From positions 654-64,653 of the forward strand of contig JAHEZE010000004.1 in the NCBI GenBank assembly GCA_023251235.1: DNA of 64,000 bases, written 5' to 3'. Source of the DNA: Sphingobacteriales bacterium (GTDB taxonomy: Bacteria > Bacteroidota > Bacteroidia > Chitinophagales > Chitinophagaceae). Positions 52,317-62,743 of this stretch are shown piece after piece. The position numbers and the translations under genes were made by a program. The notes under the pieces were generated by a model. The model was not told the origin of the DNA and did no database searches. It saw only the letters and a program-made list of their open reading frames with translations. Each line of letters begins with the position of its first letter. The first letter of the stretch is position 1.

Positions 52317-55055
52317 TTATTCGGGTTCATAGCCTAACATAAAAGTGAATTTAGATGCAGCTTTTAATCCGCCGCCAGGTTTAAGACGATCAAATCCTAC
52401 ACCATAATCAAATCCCAATAATCCAAACATGGGAAGGAAGAAACGCATACCGATACCGGCGCTGCGACGCAGGCTGAATGGGTTATAGTCTTTGAAATTG
52501 TACCATCCATTTGCCGCTTCAAAAAATGTAAGGCCGTAAATAGTACTGCTTGGGCTGGTGGCAAATGGATACCTGAGCTCTAGCTGGTATTTATTAAATA
52601 TGGTGAAAAAATTTCTTGCCTGTGATGGATCATCTGTTGGATTTACACCCGGGTTTGAATTTTCATAAATGGGATAACCCCGATGTGCAACAATATCATA
52701 CCCTAATAATCCAAAATTGTTTGTCATACCCGCATCTCCCAATTGAAATCTTTCAAAGGGTGAAAAATCAAGTTTGCGGTTGTACCTGCCCATAAAACCA
52801 TATTTGGCAGCAAGTTTAACGATAAACTGCCTGTTTTTTTCAGCGCCGGTGGGATGACCCAAAGGAATAAACCATTCAGCATTAAATCTCCATTTGTGGT
52901 ATTCAGGATGTTTATATTTGTTATCATTGGATAAGCCAGCGTTTAATAAAGAATAAGGAGGAGTAGCCTGAACGCTTAAAAGAAAATTGGAACCACTAGT
53001 CGGGAACATTGGATTTGGGCCAGCCGAATTTCTGTTCAGTGCCATTTTAAAGCTGAAGTTGGTAGAGTTTCCGCTATCAAGACCTGCAAAAATCGGATAA
53101 TTCTGAAGTTTGTATTGGGTAAAATTGAGAGAATAAACAAGACTAAAATAGTCATCTGGCCATTTTAATTGTTTCCCTAATGAAACACCTGCACCCAGCG
53201 TTTTTAAGAAACTGGAATCGGCTCTTTGCTTGTTGAATCTTTGTGTAAAATAATCATACCCATTGGTGAATTTGCTGCTATAAAGGCTATAGGTTAATGA
53301 GTTTCTTTTCTTACCACCCAGCCATGGTTCAGTAAAAGAAGCATTATAAGAACTGTAAATTTTTCCATTGGACTGTACCCTTAAACTTAATTTTTGACCA
53401 TCTCCTGTTGGAAGAGGATCCCATGATTTTTTATTAAAAATATTTTTGATGGAGAAGTTGTTGAAGGTAACACCAAGAGTTCCTGTCAATCCAATGCCAC
53501 CACCCCAGCCGGCTGAAAGTTCTAACTGATCAGATGATTTTTCTTCTAATTTATAATTGATATCCACTGTTCCGTCTTCCGTATTGGGTACCGGGTTGAT
53601 TCCGATTGTTTCGGGATTAAAGAAATTAAGCTGTCCCAATTCACGTTGTGAACGAATAATATTGGCTCGACTGAAAAGTTCACCCGGAATAGTTCTTAAT
53701 TCGCGGCGGATAACATGTTCTTTGGTTCTTTCGTTGCCGGAAATATTCACATCTTTAATTCTTGCCTGTGGACCTTCCGCCATTCTTATTTCATGATCTA
53801 TAGTGTCGTTATACACAGCAGTTTCTATTGCATCGGCACGGAAGAAAAGATATCCATCATCCATATAAAGGCCACTGATATCACCCCCCTCTGGTGTAAG
53901 TTGTTTACCAAGTCGCTGATTCAATGTTTCAATATTATAAACATCTCCCTTCCTGATGCCCAATATGGAATTCAGAATTGAATCGGAATATTTTGTATTT
54001 CCTTTCCAGACAATATTCCCGAAATAATATTTGTGCCCTTCATTTATTTTAAAATCAATATTTACATTACCATTATAGATTGTGTATGGCCTTGCTTCTT
54101 CAATAACGGCATCACGATAACCAATAGAATTGTAATAATTCAATATTTTTTCTTTGTCTTCTTCAAATTTTTTTTCATCAAATTTTGCAGAAGATAAAAG
54201 TTTGAAACGGAACCAGGGATCCAGAAAATTTTTTGTTTTACTTAAAGACAGATACCCTTTGTCTTTCAGGTATTCTTTAAAAGTGATTCTGGGATTCGTG
54301 CCAAAAATTGTCGTGTCTTTCTTTGGATATAATGTGAACCGGCTTACTTCTTTGGTTCCTTTCAATTTCTTTTTCAGCTTCAGGTCACTAACCGATTCAT
54401 TGCCAAAAAAATTAATGTTATTTACTTTAACCTTTTGTCCTTTGTCAACTATAAATGTGAGTGAAATAGAATTGATATAGGAAGTATCTGATTTCTCTGT
54501 TATCTGAAGTTTAATATTGCGGAAGCCTTTGTCCGCATAATATTTTCTTATTACTTCATCAGCATTACGACGGGTGTTTTCTGTAACAATAGTTTGTTTG
54601 GCTAATCCGATTTTTCCCTGCAATTCTTCTTGTTCAGATTTATTTATGCCTTTAAAAAAGAAGTTTCCAAGCCGGGGTCTTTCTGTTACGTTGATTTCGA
54701 TTTCAATTTCATCTTCTAAAATCTTTATTACAAAGATCTGCACGTTAGAAAAAAGTTTTTGCCTCCATAAGTTTTGTATTGCTTTAGAAAACTCATCTCC
54801 GCCAGGATGCTGAATTTTGCTACCCACCTGTAAACCTGAAATTGAAATTACTATGGAGGAATCAAGAAAATAAATTCCTGTAGTTTTTATAGAGCTGATT
54901 GTATATTCTTTTGGCCGGGTAGCATTTTGCCAGGCTAGCAGGTTAGGGTCTAATGAAGTGGGCTTTGTGGTGTCGGATTCCTGGGCATTAACAGAAAGTA
55001 AGAAGGTAAAACCCACTATTAGCATTAAACAAAACCGGGATAAAATTCTTTGCAT
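52317..55055 (-). CDS. bamA: Outer membrane protein assembly factor BamA
   Basis: 912 aa with a signal peptide, multiple POTRA repeats and a C-terminal Omp85 barrel. Confidence 0.9.
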   Translation of the reverse strand: MQRILSRFCLMLIVGFTFLLSVNAQESDTTKPTSLDPNLLAWQNATRPKEYTISSIKTTGIYFLDSSIVISISGLQVGSKIQHPGGDEFSKAIQNLWRQKLFSNVQIFVIKILEDEIEIEINVTERPRLGNFFFKGINKSEQEELQGKIGLAKQTIVTENTRRNADEVIRKYYADKGFRNIKLQITEKSDTSYINSISLTFIVDKGQKVKVNNINFFGNESVSDLKLKKKLKGTKEVSRFTLYPKKDTTIFGTNPRITFKEYLKDKGYLSLSKTKNFLDPWFRFKLLSSAKFDEKKFEEDKEKILNYYNSIGYRDAVIEEARPYTIYNGNVNIDFKINEGHKYYFGNIVWKGNTKYSDSILNSILGIRKGDVYNIETLNQRLGKQLTPEGGDISGLYMDDGYLFFRADAIETAVYNDTIDHEIRMAEGPQARIKDVNISGNERTKEHVIRRELRTIPGELFSRANIIRSQRELGQLNFFNPETIGINPVPNTEDGTVDINYKLEEKSSDQLELSAGWGGGIGLTGTLGVTFNNFSIKNIFNKKSWDPLPTGDGQKLSLRVQSNGKIYSSYNASFTEPWLGGKKRNSLTYSLYSSKFTNGYDYFTQRFNKQRADSSFLKTLGAGVSLGKQLKWPDDYFSLVYSLNFTQYKLQNYPIFAGLDSGNSTNFSFKMALNRNSAGPNPMFPTSGSNFLLSVQATPPYSLLNAGLSNDNKYKHPEYHKWRFNAEWFIPLGHPTGAEKNRQFIVKLAAKYGFMGRYNRKLDFSPFERFQLGDAGMTNNFGLLGYDIVAHRGYPIYENSNPGVNPTDDPSQARNFFTIFNKYQLELRYPFATSPSSTIYGLTFFEAANGWYNFKDYNPFSLRRSAGIGMRFFLPMFGLLGFDYGVGFDRLKPGGGLKAASKFTFMLGYEPE

Positions 55056-55251
55056 GTTTGGTTATTCAGATCAATCAGTTATTGCCAGAAATCCAATAGG
55101 GATTACCTTTAACGGCGGCAAAATAACGGTAAATTTTTGAAGTGTTTGTTAAATAAGTTGGTTACTGTGGTTATATGGGTTAAATAAGTAACACACATTT
55201 TTTATAAACCCAGGTTGTACTCTGATAATTATAATATCATGACTCATTTAG

Positions 55252-56013
55252 CTAATGTTTTATAGGCTCTTTTTCTACCTGCTCACCGGTTTTTCCAAAC
55301 CGGCGTTCCCGTCTCTGATAATCAATAATCGCCTCATAAAGATTTTCTTTTCTGAAATCCGGCCAGCGAACATCTGTAAAATATAATTCTGCATAAGCAA
55401 GCTGGTAAAGCAGGAAATTACTGATCCGGAATTCCCCACTTGTTCTGATCATTAGTTCGGGATCCGGAAACTCGCTGGTAACAAGATGTTGCTGCAAAAT
55501 ATCCTGGTTGATTTCTTCAACCTTCAACCCTCCTCTTTTTACTTCAAACGCTATATTTTTTACAGCATTCAGCAATTCCCACCTGCCACTGTAACTCAGC
55601 GCCATAATCAGATTGAGACCTGTATTATCTTTAGTAAATTCCAGTGCTTCATTTAATTCTTTACGTGCATAATCAGGAAGCATGTTCTTATCTCCAATCA
55701 TATGTAATTTGATATTATTTTTATGCAGGCTTTCTACTTCATTTCTGATTGTGGTTACTAATAATTCCATTAGTCCCACCACTTCATATTGCGGCCTGTC
55801 CCAGTTTTCTGTAGAAAACGCATAAAGTGTAAGATATTCCACTCCCAGTTCAGCACATCCTTCTACAATATTGCGAACACTTTCTACCCCATGGAAATGA
55901 CCGAATAATCTATCCTGCCCCTGCTCCTTTGCCCAACGGCCATTTCCATCCATGATAATGGCAATATGACGTGGCAAATGACTTTTGTCTATTTGTTCTA
56001 ATAATTTCGACAT
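55252..56013 (-). CDS. uppS: Isoprenyl transferase (undecaprenyl diphosphate synthase)
   Basis: ATG at 56013 gives MSKLLEQIDKSHLPRHIAIIMDGNGRWA. It also has the motifs RTSGEFRISNFLLYQ and RRFG. Confidence 0.9.
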   Translation of the reverse strand: MSKLLEQIDKSHLPRHIAIIMDGNGRWAKEQGQDRLFGHFHGVESVRNIVEGCAELGVEYLTLYAFSTENWDRPQYEVVGLMELLVTTIRNEVESLHKNNIKLHMIGDKNMLPDYARKELNEALEFTKDNTGLNLIMALSYSGRWELLNAVKNIAFEVKRGGLKVEEINQDILQQHLVTSEFPDPELMIRTSGEFRISNFLLYQLAYAELYFTDVRWPDFRKENLYEAIIDYQRRERRFGKTGEQVEKEPIKH

Positions 56014-56261
56014 ATGATTCGGAAAAAATGAGGTATTCAAAGGTAAGAAAAACAAAGCCCCCGGCAATTTTGCTGCGGGCATCATAATATTATAACAATC
56101 CTTTACCGGCAATGAATCTGCACCGATGATATATGGTATCGGAAACAGTGGTAGTTTAAAAGAAAGAATAGCTGCCGAAAAAAATGAAAATCTAAAGCTT
56201 AAGAAGATAATTCAAACAACCTATTGATTTTTGTTAGCTTAAGTTATCAAAAATTAAATTT

Positions 56262-56291
56262 TTGAAAAATAAAATACCACCCGAAGGTGGT
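56262..56291 (-). terminator. Rho-independent terminator after the beta-barrel gene
   Basis: The minus strand reads accaccttcgggtggt (6-bp stem, tetraloop), followed by attttattttt. Confidence 0.75.
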
Positions 56292-56314
56292 TGAATAAAA
56301 AATTTATTCAATAT

Positions 56315-57166
56315 TTAATTGGCTGAAGGACATTTATAGCTCTGTAAATTAAACGATATGTAGAAAATAGCTGTAACAAACTGGTCTTTTTGTTTACTAT
56401 TACCACGCTGGCGTCCATCTGTACCAATTGGTTCACCAAACTCGTAAGATCTGTCGTGGAGTAAGAAAGCCGGTGAGGGGCTTCCATCAGGTAATGGCGG
56501 AAAAACTATAGGATTAACATAAGTTTTGCTTACATCATCAAGATAATCTGTGCCTGTTACCCTGTGAACAATTTCAAACCCTATATTTATTCTTTCATTA
56601 AAAGAATATTTAACACCTGCGCCAAAAGGAATACTATAGGACATCGACTTATAAGGTTTTCTGTCCGGATATAAAGCATTCCCTTGTCCTTCTGTATTTA
56701 ATGGACGTAAAAAATATTTTTTCCCTGTCAGTAATGCATATGGATCATAATTAAAAACGCCGACACCAAATGTTATATAAGGCGTGAAATTATACCCTGG
56801 TTCTCCTGGCATAAAACGAAAGAAATTAAAATCTCCTTGCACAGCTAATTCCAATAAATTAGAATTAAAACTCAGATTACGTTGTTGCATAAAAGTATTC
56901 TGCTTATTATAGATATCCGAGTAGCCTAACTGTGCAAAGCTGGCCTGAACTCTTACAGCAATATAATTTGCAAAATTTTTACGAAAGAAAGCGGTAGCTG
57001 CGAATTTCGGCCGATTCAAACGGGCTCGTGTATTAAGGTCGCCAAAATAATGGGCAGAACCTAAACCAACTCCAAACTCTCCTTCTTGTATAATCGACTG
57101 GGATTGACCCAAAAAAGTGGCTGGGGCAATAGCAACAGTTATTATTAAAAAAACGGTTCGAAACAT
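56315..57166 (-). CDS. Outer-membrane beta-barrel protein (DUF6089-like)
   Basis: 283 aa with a signal peptide and alternating beta-strand pattern. Its position upstream of uppS-bamA is conserved in Bacteroidota, as I recall. Confidence 0.5.
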   Translation of the reverse strand: MFRTVFLIITVAIAPATFLGQSQSIIQEGEFGVGLGSAHYFGDLNTRARLNRPKFAATAFFRKNFANYIAVRVQASFAQLGYSDIYNKQNTFMQQRNLSFNSNLLELAVQGDFNFFRFMPGEPGYNFTPYITFGVGVFNYDPYALLTGKKYFLRPLNTEGQGNALYPDRKPYKSMSYSIPFGAGVKYSFNERINIGFEIVHRVTGTDYLDDVSKTYVNPIVFPPLPDGSPSPAFLLHDRSYEFGEPIGTDGRQRGNSKQKDQFVTAIFYISFNLQSYKCPSAN

Positions 57167-57230
57167 GATTGCAAAATAAGACTTAGGACTGTTAAAACGA
57201 AAAAATGGACTTTTTCTTTTGCCGTAGCTG

Positions 57231-58109
57231 TTAATTTCTCTTGTCCAATCCCCATGTGAGTTTATTATGTAAGGTCTGGAGGAAATTATTTTCCGTGAGC
57301 CTCACGAGGTTAAGTAAAAAACTTTCTTTTTTTACTGCCAGTTGCACATTTTTGCTCACTATTTCCCTTCGGCTGTCAAGTGCACAAATGATTTGTTCCG
57401 ATCGGCTCTCTACCTCAAAAGAGATAATATTATTATCAGGTACCAATATAGGACGAACATTCAGATTATGCGGAGCAACGGCGGTAATAAGAAAACTACC
57501 TGATTCAGGAAAAACAATCGGTCCGTTACAGCTTAAAGAATATCCAGTTGATCCTGTTGGAGTGGCTACAATTAAACCATCAGCCCAATAAGTATTTAAA
57601 AATTCTCCGTTCAGATAGGTATGTATTTTTATCATAGGGGCAGTATCTCTTTTGTGAATCGAAAATTCGTTTAATGCAAAAGGAACATGACCAAACATGG
57701 AGATACTGGCGTCAAGATGTATCAGTGTCCTTTTATCAACAACAAAAGTTTGGTTTGTTAATGCTTTCACAGCATCGGCCAGCTGTTCACGTCCGATGCC
57801 GGCCAGGAACCCTAATCTTCCGAAATTGATCCCCACAATGGGAATTCCTTTATCTCTTACCAGTGTTACGGTATCCAGTAATGTTCCATCACCACCAAGA
57901 CTGATAACAAAATCGATTTCTTCAGTAAGATCCTCTGACAAGAAAAAAGTAGAAGTACCGGAAGGAAGATGAATACGGTCTTTAATCTCTTCCAAAAAAG
58001 GAAGGAAAACTATAGCGCTGATTTTTTGTTTTGCCAGTTCATCAAAAAAAAACTGAACATCACTTCGTTTATCTTCTTCTAATATCCTGCTGTAAATAGC
58101 AATCTTCAT
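57231..58109 (-). CDS. nadK: NAD kinase
   Basis: 292 aa with GGDGT, NFGRLGFL and PTGSTGYSLS motifs. Confidence 0.9.
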   Translation of the reverse strand: MKIAIYSRILEEDKRSDVQFFFDELAKQKISAIVFLPFLEEIKDRIHLPSGTSTFFLSEDLTEEIDFVISLGGDGTLLDTVTLVRDKGIPIVGINFGRLGFLAGIGREQLADAVKALTNQTFVVDKRTLIHLDASISMFGHVPFALNEFSIHKRDTAPMIKIHTYLNGEFLNTYWADGLIVATPTGSTGYSLSCNGPIVFPESGSFLITAVAPHNLNVRPILVPDNNIISFEVESRSEQIICALDSRREIVSKNVQLAVKKESFLLNLVRLTENNFLQTLHNKLTWGLDKRN

Positions 58110-58122
58110 AATTTATGCCAGG

Positions 58123-59580
58123 TCAATAGTTGGACTTTTTGTGTAAAAATAACCCGTTTTGCCCTAACTGATTAAAGCTCCATTCCAATCTCAAGGTGAA
58201 ATCATAATGAGTTAAAATATCGATGCCAACCCCCCCTGAATAGAGCATCTTATTATTGAGGCCACTAGAACCCGGTTCGGGACTGTGAAAATAGCCGGCA
58301 TTAGCAAAGGCTCTCGCATAAATATGGAATGGAATCCGGTAAGGAATTTCATCATTTTTTCTTTTTTTATGAACATAAAAACTTGCCAACTCACGGGTTA
58401 CCGTTGTTTTCAAATAACCCCCTGCCACCCCATCCACTACATAATATTCATACCCTTGCATGAAGAAATCATTATACCCCAGCAGCCGCAGATTAAAATA
58501 AGGTTGGTGAAAAGGAAGTTTTATGGTTCCTGATAATCTGGTTCCCAGGTATGTTTTGTCTGCTAACTTCCAGTTGGCTCCGCCTTTTACTGAAAGTTGC
58601 CAAAGGTTAATGATATTATTTACTCCCTTTTTGATAAAAGATACTTCAGCCAGGTAACCAGTCAAAGGGTAAGGAATATAATCCACATCAAAATAGCTCA
58701 TGTTGTAATAAAATTCAGGGTACGATATTTTATTTCTGCCATTCTTAAAATAAGAAGAATTTAATGCGACAATTGTATCATTAACTCTTTCTACAGTATA
58801 TCCGATACCAAACCGGTGCCGGGTTTTTATAGCCCTTCGGTATGTAAGCTCTGCATAAGATTTAAAAAAAGAACGTACATATTTATTAGTATCCTTAAAA
58901 AAAAGCTGCTTATTGTTCAAAGTATTGTAATTCACTTCACGGTTTTTACCCATCCCCAAACCAACATTTAACCCCCATTTCATTTTTTTATCAAAATACA
59001 ACCTGTCATAACTGGCAGATAGTTGCTTTGTGTACCCGTTTATTAACCAGATATTCAATTTGTCATTGTTGCCGGTTGCATTATTATATAATAACTTAAT
59101 TCCGTAGTTGACCCGGTTTAGTTTCGCATTATTTTCAATGAGCCATTGATTTAAATTTCTGTCAACATTTTTAAGAATCGGAACAGGGAACAGATACCAT
59201 CTTTCTTTTACTTCTACTAAAATATCTACATCATACCCTTCAATACTTTTCAGAGCAACTATTACTTCATTAAAAAGAACTGTATTCATTAACTGGCGTC
59301 TTGCATCTTCAAATCTTTTTACCAATTCAGAAAGCAGATATTGATCTCCTGTTTTAAAAGGCAGCTCACGAAGTATTAGCTTTTCTTTCGTTTTCTGATT
59401 GCCTTTGATATATATTTTTCTTATCTGGAATGGAGTGATGTCAGGATTCGTTTCGTATTTAATTCTTTGCTGTAATGTCACCGTCGCTGAATTATCAGGT
59501 TGGCCCGGTTGTGAGTACAGACTTACAGAGGTTGACAATACCAGGAGTAATAAAATATATAATTTTTTTATCCGGGGCAT
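58123..59580 (-). CDS. Omp85/BamA-TamA family outer membrane protein with a single POTRA domain
   Basis: 485 aa with a signal peptide, a POTRA segment (IRKIYIKGNQKTKEKLILRELPFKTGD) and a C-terminal barrel. Confidence 0.7.
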   Translation of the reverse strand: MPRIKKLYILLLLVLSTSVSLYSQPGQPDNSATVTLQQRIKYETNPDITPFQIRKIYIKGNQKTKEKLILRELPFKTGDQYLLSELVKRFEDARRQLMNTVLFNEVIVALKSIEGYDVDILVEVKERWYLFPVPILKNVDRNLNQWLIENNAKLNRVNYGIKLLYNNATGNNDKLNIWLINGYTKQLSASYDRLYFDKKMKWGLNVGLGMGKNREVNYNTLNNKQLFFKDTNKYVRSFFKSYAELTYRRAIKTRHRFGIGYTVERVNDTIVALNSSYFKNGRNKISYPEFYYNMSYFDVDYIPYPLTGYLAEVSFIKKGVNNIINLWQLSVKGGANWKLADKTYLGTRLSGTIKLPFHQPYFNLRLLGYNDFFMQGYEYYVVDGVAGGYLKTTVTRELASFYVHKKRKNDEIPYRIPFHIYARAFANAGYFHSPEPGSSGLNNKMLYSGGVGIDILTHYDFTLRLEWSFNQLGQNGLFLHKKSNY

Positions 59581-59655
59581 AGAATACCGCTTTTCTTAAT
59601 TGTTGTCTTTTAAAGATATGTTTTTTACAGCTTTAAATGCCGGAGAATTCAACAA

Positions 59656-60318
59656 TCAGAGCTTGAGATAATTCATCAGGTTATCGTAATTGCTGCGAAG
59701 TTCATTCTCGTAAAGCTCTTCCCCGAAATAACTTTTCACATTATACTCATACCGTTGAAAAGTAGCTACTATATCTGATAATTCAGTTTTATTCAGTTTA
59801 ATTGTCACCTGCATCATTCCGGTTTGCGGATCAGTATAAGTATTCAATTGGGTGATCCGGGCATCATTGGTTTCCACTAACCTGCTTATTTCGCCAAAGG
59901 AATAGTTTGTACTTTCCATTTCTAACACAATAAGACCCCCGGGCTCTTTTACATTCATGAAATCAGAAGCATGCTTTAATAGTTCACGGTAACTTACCAT
60001 GCCAGTCAACTCATTATTCTCACTAATTACAGGAACTATGCTCAATCTGTTTTCAACAGCTACCTGCAGGGCTTTTAAAAAATGATCATTCTCCCGAACA
60101 CAAATCATTGGAAAGCTTTCTTTCAGATCCCGGATTTCAATTGTTTCATCCGGCGCCTGCATCAGATTTTCTTCACTTACCATGCCCATAAATTTTCCAT
60201 CTTCTTCAATTGCCAGTTGTGAAACATGGCTGTCATTCATCATTTGCAGGGCATTGAAAACTTTATCTTGCAAGTGAAGTATAGGTAATGAGTGAGATAT
60301 CAGTTCCCTTGTCAGCAT
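59656..60318 (-). CDS. CBS domain pair protein
   Basis: 220 aa with two CBS-like repeats and a C-terminal small domain. Confidence 0.7.
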   Translation of the reverse strand: MLTRELISHSLPILHLQDKVFNALQMMNDSHVSQLAIEEDGKFMGMVSEENLMQAPDETIEIRDLKESFPMICVRENDHFLKALQVAVENRLSIVPVISENNELTGMVSYRELLKHASDFMNVKEPGGLIVLEMESTNYSFGEISRLVETNDARITQLNTYTDPQTGMMQVTIKLNKTELSDIVATFQRYEYNVKSYFGEELYENELRSNYDNLMNYLKL

Positions 60319-60352
60319 GGATAACGGCTTTGTTTTTTTCAGACTGCAATAC

Positions 60353-61144
60353 TTATACTACTGTTGCAGGCTCGTTTAGTTTTTTCAAAAATTTATGCAA
60401 TATGATATTGAATTCATCAGGCACCTCCATCATAGGAGCATGCCCGCATTTATCTATAAAATATAATTCACTATTAGGTATCAGTTTATTAAACTCTCTT
60501 GCCACAAAAGGTGGGGTAATGCTATCATTATTTCCCCATACTAATAACGTAGGTTGTTTTATTTGATTGAGTTCTTCACCAAGATTATTTCTGATAGCGC
60601 TTTTTGCCAATGATATTATCTTGATGGCCTTCAACCTGTTATTCACAATCCCGTATACTTCATCCACCAGGTCTTTGGTAGATGTTTTAGGATCGTAAAA
60701 AGTGAGTTCTGTTTTTCTTTTGATATATTCATAATCGCCCCGTTTGGGGTAACTATCCCCCATTCCATTCTCAAATAAACCAGAGCTGCCGGTAAGAATA
60801 AGTGATTTTATTCTTTCAGGCTGTTTTAATACATGAATTAAAGCAACATGACCCCCAAGTGAATTACCAAGCAGGTGAACATTTTTATAATCCCTGGCTT
60901 CTAAAAATTTATGAACAAACTTTGCTAAACCGCCAACCGTAGAGTGAAGTATATCCAATTCAAATAACGGCAGTATGGGCACTACTACTTTATAATGAAC
61001 CCGGAAATACTCTATTAAACCCTGAAAATTGCTAAGGGCTCCAAAAAGTCCATGTAAAAGCACCAACGTTTCTCCCTGGCCTTCTTCAATAAACCTGAAT
61101 TTATCCTGATGCCTTACCTCGTATTGCATAACTTCTTTCTGCAA
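60353..61144 (-). CDS. Alpha/beta hydrolase
   Basis: 263 aa with an HGLFG oxyanion region, the nucleophile elbow GNSLGG and a C-terminal CGHAP. Confidence 0.8.
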   Translation of the reverse strand: MQKEVMQYEVRHQDKFRFIEEGQGETLVLLHGLFGALSNFQGLIEYFRVHYKVVVPILPLFELDILHSTVGGLAKFVHKFLEARDYKNVHLLGNSLGGHVALIHVLKQPERIKSLILTGSSGLFENGMGDSYPKRGDYEYIKRKTELTFYDPKTSTKDLVDEVYGIVNNRLKAIKIISLAKSAIRNNLGEELNQIKQPTLLVWGNNDSITPPFVAREFNKLIPNSELYFIDKCGHAPMMEVPDEFNIILHKFLKKLNEPATVV

Positions 61145-61212
61145 TTAATTTTTGCTAAAATAGTTGATTTACTGCAAACTTAAAGGCTATTTGATCCTGA
61201 GTAACCCAAAAA

Positions 61213-61758
61213 TTAATTTGCCGGAGGGATCTGTTGGGAAACATTACCGAAAAAATCTTTCAGATCGTTAAACATTCCTTTAAAAAGAGGAATGATTTTA
61301 CCTACCCAGTCAATCACTTTTGGCCCAAACGGCTCAATATATTGGTAGAAGACTGACGTATTTTTCGTTTCGGGCTTTATCAGATCTATCTGATCGGCAT
61401 AAAAAAGAATAACACTGAGTATCACAATGTACAAAGCAACAAATAGTAAAATCCCGGCTAACCTGTTAATCCATCCAAGCATGGCCAACTCCACACTTTT
61501 CTGAATCAGTTTTGCTCCCAATCTTACCAATAAGACAACTACCAGGAAAATCACTGCAAAAGAAATAATAGGTAACCATTGATCAGAAATCCTAACGGCC
61601 TTACCAATATATCCTGCCACCACAGTGGACAGTTTGATGGCCGCTGCAAGACCTGCAATAAAAGCAATAACTGAAAAAACGCCAATAATCAATCCTTTCT
61701 TAAAGCCGTTAATAATTGCCCATATCACCACTACGATAAATATAATATCAATAATCAT
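61213..61758 (-). CDS. CvpA family membrane protein
   Basis: 181 aa with 4 TM segments and an N-terminus IIDIIFIVVVIWAIINGFKKGL typical of CvpA. Confidence 0.7.
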   Translation of the reverse strand: MIIDIIFIVVVIWAIINGFKKGLIIGVFSVIAFIAGLAAAIKLSTVVAGYIGKAVRISDQWLPIISFAVIFLVVVLLVRLGAKLIQKSVELAMLGWINRLAGILLFVALYIVILSVILFYADQIDLIKPETKNTSVFYQYIEPFGPKVIDWVGKIIPLFKGMFNDLKDFFGNVSQQIPPAN

Positions 61759-61824
61759 ATTGTCTCTTTACGAAGTTTAACGATGAATGTCTTTGTTTTG
61801 AGATATTTAATAATAAATATTTCG

Positions 61825-62280
61825 TTAAGCCTGTGATAATAATTCTTTAACCATCATGGATATTGTTTTACCGTCAGCTTTACCGGCAAGTCTTTTTGTG
61901 GCAGCTCCCATTACTTTACCCATGTCTGCCGGTGAAACTGCACCCAATTCTGCAATTATGGTCGACAATAACTTCTTTAACTCATCAACCGAAAGTTGCT
62001 GAGGCAGGAATTTTTCAATTATTTCAATTTCTTCCTGCTCTTTTTGAGCAAGATCTGTACGATTTTGTTTCTGATAAATTTCAAGTGAATCTTTTCGTTG
62101 TTTTACCAGCTTTTGCAAAAGTTTTATTTCATCCTCTTCTTTCAATTCTCCTCCGGCACCTTCGGATGTCTTTGCCAACAGGATGGCTGCTTTAATAGCA
62201 CGAATACTACGCAAACCTTTTTCATCTTTCGCCAGCATGGCTGTTTTCAAATCAGCCATTATTTTTTGTTCAAGGCTCAT
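61825..62280 (-). CDS. GatB/YqeY domain protein
   Basis: 151 aa with DLKTAMLAKD, a YqeY-like helical repeat and a GKADGK tail. Confidence 0.8.
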   Translation of the reverse strand: MSLEQKIMADLKTAMLAKDEKGLRSIRAIKAAILLAKTSEGAGGELKEEDEIKLLQKLVKQRKDSLEIYQKQNRTDLAQKEQEEIEIIEKFLPQQLSVDELKKLLSTIIAELGAVSPADMGKVMGAATKRLAGKADGKTISMMVKELLSQA

Positions 62281-62356
62281 AAATCGTTTTTAGTTTAAAA
62301 TTTATAATTAAATTTTCACCGATAATCCCTATTCTTTTCTTTCAGGTCATACCTGT

Positions 62357-62704
62357 TCATGCCTTACTCTCTTTCAACTGCTTTTCCCTGAATTTATGGT
62401 ATAAGTCATGGGCAAATTTTTTCATATCATCTACCACTTCTTTATGCTGGGTAGCCCGGTCATATGTATCTGCCATGGTCATCAGGGTCTGGTAAAAAAA
62501 ATCTGCCATTTCATCTACCATCATTTCCTTTGTCCACAGATCAATGCGGAGTGCTGTTTTTTCAGCTCCATCCCAAAAAGCCAGCATCATTGCTTTTGCT
62601 TTTTGGGCTTGTTTTATAGTAGAATCTGATGCGTTCCAGTAAATATTTTCCGGCACACGGTTCTCATTAAGATCCACATCAATGGTAATGGTTGATTTAT
62701 TCAT
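62357..62704 (-). CDS. gldC: Gliding motility protein GldC
   Basis: ATG at 62704 gives MNKSTITIDVDLNENRVPENIYWNASD, which is GldC-like. The ORF track's start at 62731 is a TTG. Confidence 0.7.
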   Translation of the reverse strand: MNKSTITIDVDLNENRVPENIYWNASDSTIKQAQKAKAMMLAFWDGAEKTALRIDLWTKEMMVDEMADFFYQTLMTMADTYDRATQHKEVVDDMKKFAHDLYHKFREKQLKESKA

Positions 62705-62743
62705 ATCCTCTTTTCTTAAAGTGAGGGGCAAAAGTAATTCAAA

